DNA of 64,000 bases, from positions 94,364,001-94,428,000 of the forward strand of contig OX597819.1 in the NCBI GenBank assembly GCA_951406725.2, read 5' to 3'. Position numbers and translations under genes: made by a program. Shown piece after piece: positions 53,105 through 64,000 of this stretch. How positions within the stretch are numbered: the first letter of the stretch is position 1; each line of letters opens with the position of its first letter. The notes beneath the pieces were generated by a model that did not search any database, was not told where the DNA came from, and saw only the letters and a program-made list of their open reading frames with translations. The DNA is from Octopus vulgaris (lineage: Eukaryota).

Positions 53105-54426
53105 GTCTTTATTGTGGTCCTGACTGTTCGTCTTTAGCCGTGGATAATTCAGCTTTTCAAATGATGTGTCCAGCGACCTACAGTTCGTCGACATCATCAA
53201 GCTCAGGATCAAATAGTGCTTTGAAAGGAGTATATATACAAACAATGCCTACTGATCGAACAGACCAAGATCTAGACCAAACAAAACAATTAACTGCTAC
53301 ACCTAGGAGAAATTCTCTTAAGTGGCCATGGAATTTTGTCAATCAAAGTTTTCCTAACGTACAGCATTCATCCGATGGAGAGTTTGATCCAAGACACAGT
53401 TCTCAACAACATGCACGTTCACACCCTCACCTTGGACATAATTTAAATTTTTTAGATATTAACAAAATTGACTCACCCTCTAAACGTCATTCACGTCACT
53501 TACTTCGGAGTCAAAGTACTGGAGCCAAATATACAAGAATCAGAGATAAATTCTTAAAAACAAAATGCGCATCAACAGAAGATAGTACAGTTGCTCTTTT
53601 TCATTCAAAACAGCAGCCACACTGTACTTATGGACAAGATTCAGTGGAATCAGCATCTGAGTTTGATGAAACAATGTCAAATGATTGGGCTGATGAAGAA
53701 GCTGAATGTGATGAAGAGGTTAAAAAAATTACTGGGGAAGAAGAGGATGATGATGTGAAACCAACACTTAGTGTTTATGCATCACAAGAGTCTGAAAATG
53801 TATTCTCAGAACTTTCACAGCATTCTCCCTCACTGACTCTAACTGAGATAAGTGACAGCACACAGCTACTTCACAACATAGGTTATAATACTGAACACTT
53901 GCAACAGTGTCAATCAAAAACTGGTACTGCTACCTCCAGCCGAGAAAACAATTTGCACATGTTAGACTATCCTTACCATTCTCGAAGCGGAAGCAGTCAG
54001 CCAGGAATTGATAACTCTAGTTTTGTTTTGGGGGAGACATCAAATAACTCAAATGATACAGAGGGGGCTGCTGGAACAGGTTCGTCTCTTCTGGAATCCC
54101 AGTCAACGCACTCTGATGTGGAACTTGCTGCTGAACCCAAAGACTTTCTCCCAACTGCCACCTTAAAAGCAAGTAATGCTACAAGCAGCCCAAGCAATGT
54201 CCATGTCAGTGACAATACTCCTGTTCCCAGCACATCAGTAGGATTAACTAATTTGTCAGTTGAAGAGACGCACTTGATGGTGCCATCATCACAGCAACAG
54301 GTGCAACATTCTATTCCAACACTGCCCTCTCGTAGACTTAGCTGTGTCAGTTCAACAAGTTCTTCAATCGAACAATTTTATGATAGTGCCACTAACCCTG
54401 GTTATCAAGGTGATGAACTTGTATGA
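53105..54426 (+). CDS. Cav3: terminal coding exon of Cav3-like channel (long Ser-rich disordered tail ending GDELV*)
   Basis: Acceptor ttttaattgcag, phase 1 (G|GT CTT TAT), in frame with the 428-aa ORF. Stop TGA at 54424-54426. The ORF is certainly coding-like; the Cav3 identity rests on the linked upstream exons. Confidence 0.8.
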
Positions 54427-61455
<7,029 letters not shown>

Positions 61456-61494
61456 TGTTAATTACTAACCATCATCATCATCATTATTATTATT

Positions 61495-61725
61495 AAGGCA
61501 GTTTGCTGACAGAATTGTTAGCAAGCCAGTCAAACTGCTTAGCGACATTTCATCTGTCTTTACGTTCTGAGTTCAAATTCCACCAAGGTCAAATTTTCCT
61601 TTCATCCTTTAGGAACTGATCTAATAAGTACCAGTTGAACACTGGGGTTGATGTAATCAACTCATCCCCTCCCCCAAAATTGCTGCTGTTGTGGCAAAAT
61701 TTGAAACCATCATTATTATTTTGAC

Positions 61726-61760
<35 letters not shown>

Positions 61761-62488
61761 CAAGGTAATAAGCTGGCAGAATCATTAGCACACCAGACCA
61801 AATACTTAGCATCATTTCGTCCATATCTACATTGGTCAACTTCGCCTTACATCTTTTCAGGGTGTATAAAATAAGTACCAGTTAAGTCCTAGGGTTGATA
61901 TAATCAACTAGCATCCTCCCTATATATTTCAGGCTTTGTGCCTATATTATTGAGGATTATTAGAGGAAGGTAAATTTGCAGAATTATTAGAGCATCAATC
62001 AAAATGCTTCGCAATATTTGTTCTGACTCTAAGTTGGCGAACTGGCAGAATTATTAGCACACCAGGCAAAATGCTTAGCGGCATTTCGTCTGTCATTACA
62101 TTCTTAGTTCAAATTCCGCTGAGGTTGACTTTGCCTTTCATCCTTTCAGGGTTGATAAAAAAAAGTACCAGTAAAGTACTGGGGTTGATGTAATCAACTT
62201 ACACCCCCACCCTCGAAATTGTTGGCCTTATGCCGAAATTTGAAGCCAGCATTCATTCTGACTCTACGACAGCAAGCTGACGGAATCATTAGCATGCTGG
62301 GGAAAATGCTTAATGCCATTTCATCCATCTTTACGTTCTGAGTTCAAATTCTGCCGGGGTCAACTTTGCCTTTCATCCTTCCAGGGTTGATAACATAAGT
62401 ACCAGTCGAGCACTGGAGTCAATGTAATTGACTTACCCACTCCCCAAAATTGCTGGACTTTTGCCAAATTTTGAAACCAGTATTATTA

Positions 62489-62519
<31 letters not shown>

Positions 62520-63150
62520 TATTATTTTTTTTTCTATTGTTATAGATAATAATGAAGTAATATGGTACAATATAATTTTCAGTGTCATTATGAGAACCTA
62601 TTGATATCATTGTTATTACAACTAATATTTAATTTGTAAGAAATCATTATTTAAATAAGGAAATTATTATTGATGTTAACGTTGTTGCATTTGTTATTGT
62701 TGCTGTTATTATCATCATCATCCTCATCACTTATGTAATTGTTATTGTTACAGCTGTTATCCTCATCATCATCATCATCATCATCATTATTGATATTAAT
62801 ATAACTTAACGCCTTTGGTTAAGCCATTACAGTCACCATTTCTTTGCCCTCCTCACCTAAAAGTTTTTAAAAGATCGAGTTTTTATGCTTATGAAGGATG
62901 ATGATACTACTCCTACTACAACTACTGCTGCTGCTACTACTCCTACTCCTACTACTACTACTGCCACCACAACCACCACTATTATTACCTCTATAACTAT
63001 AAGTAATACTAATAATAATGCCATCCTATTACTCTGATTATAATATTGCCTTTGTTATATTACTACCACTGTTAATGATATTAACATCACTGTTAATAAT
63101 AATACCTTTTATATTTGTTGAAATTATTATTGTTCTGTTTTGTTCACTCC

Positions 63151-63203
<53 letters not shown>

Positions 63204-64000
63204 GAATGGTGGATGGGCAGAATCTTTAGAGTGTTAGACCAAATGTCTTGTGATATTTCTTCCCACTCTTTACATTCTGGACTTATATCTCACCAAAGTC
63301 AAGTTTGCCTTTAATCTCCCACCCCACTTCCACCAGGGTCACTGAAATGTACCAGTCAAATACAGGGGTCAATTCAATCAACAAGCACCCCTTTCTCTCA
63401 AAATTGCTGGCTTTGTGTCTAAATTAGAAACAATTACTAAAACGGTTATTCATATTAAGGTTATTTGATTGACAGAATCAATAGAGCATCAGAAAAATGC
63501 TCTGCATCATTTTCTTCCAGTTCATTACACTCTGGCCAGATCAACTTTGCCTTTCATCCTTTTGGGGTTGATAAGATAAAGTTAAGTACTTGGGTCTTTG
63601 ACATCAACTAAATCCCTCCCTTTAAAATTACTGGCCTTGTGCCAAAATCAGAATCCAGGATATGAGACGTTTTGGCACAACCATTTTGATGCCTCTTATT
63701 TGACATGGCTGATTCGACACTAATTTATTTGGCATCAGATGTTTTAACATTTCTTTTGTTTTCTCCCTCTGTCTCTTTCCCCTTCTCTCCTCATTTCTCC
63801 TTCTCTCTCTGTTCATGTGTGTGAGCATATTTCTCTTTATGCATGTGAATAGAGGGAAAATGTTTATGCTAATCATGTTCAGTTAATAAATTATAATTCA
63901 GCGGTAAGCTGGCAGAATCATTAGCATGCCAGACAAAATGCCTAGCAGCATTTCTTCTGTCTTTACATTCTGAATTCAAATTCCACTGAGGTCAGCTTTG
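61495..64000 (+). mobile_element. cluster of about 7-8 same-orientation family C SINEs with ATT/ATC microsatellites
   Basis: Repeated ggcagaat..ttagc...gagttcaaatt...gcctttcatcc units at about 61495, 61762, 62035, 62270, 63205, 63458 and 63900. Confidence 0.75.

Noticed and set aside
53140-54426. Stand-alone 428-aa gene
   Set aside because: It starts at GTG; an in-frame splice acceptor at 53104 makes it a terminal exon.
61495-62480. CRISPR-like or tRNA gene array
   Set aside because: These are diverged SINE copies with irregular spacing and no full cloverleaf, in a eukaryotic context.

Overview
AT-rich, microsatellite-laden eukaryotic DNA. The SINE families resemble those of octopus/coleoid cephalopods; this is an inference. 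Most ORFs in the supplied track are microsatellite artefacts. The host gene lies on the + strand and looks like the 3' end of a T-type (Cav3, CACNA1G/H/I-like) calcium channel: exons at 47068-47190, 48914-49151 and 53105-54426, a candidate 33-nt cassette exon at 47865-47897, and a probable long 3' UTR. An exon 39 kb upstream (7564-7668) has the same phase and a peptide that aligns in register with the 47068 exon, suggesting a mutually exclusive pair. The intronic DNA contains a young Neptune-type Penelope-like element (RT + GIY-YIG) with a ~908-bp inverted terminal duplication, two older Penelope fragments, mariner/Tc1/Tigger relics, a Merlin-like MITE, a non-autonomous Helitron and many SINEs. 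The most striking pattern is about ten minimal type I hammerhead-ribozyme motifs, intact to decayed, several with a U3-A8 or C4 core variant. They sit in Penelope ends and in small non-coding fold-back or tandem elements mostly embedded in (TA)n/(CA)n microsatellites, which looks like a retrozyme-like, Penelope-mobilised system. All calls were made by eye; repeat boundaries are approximate.
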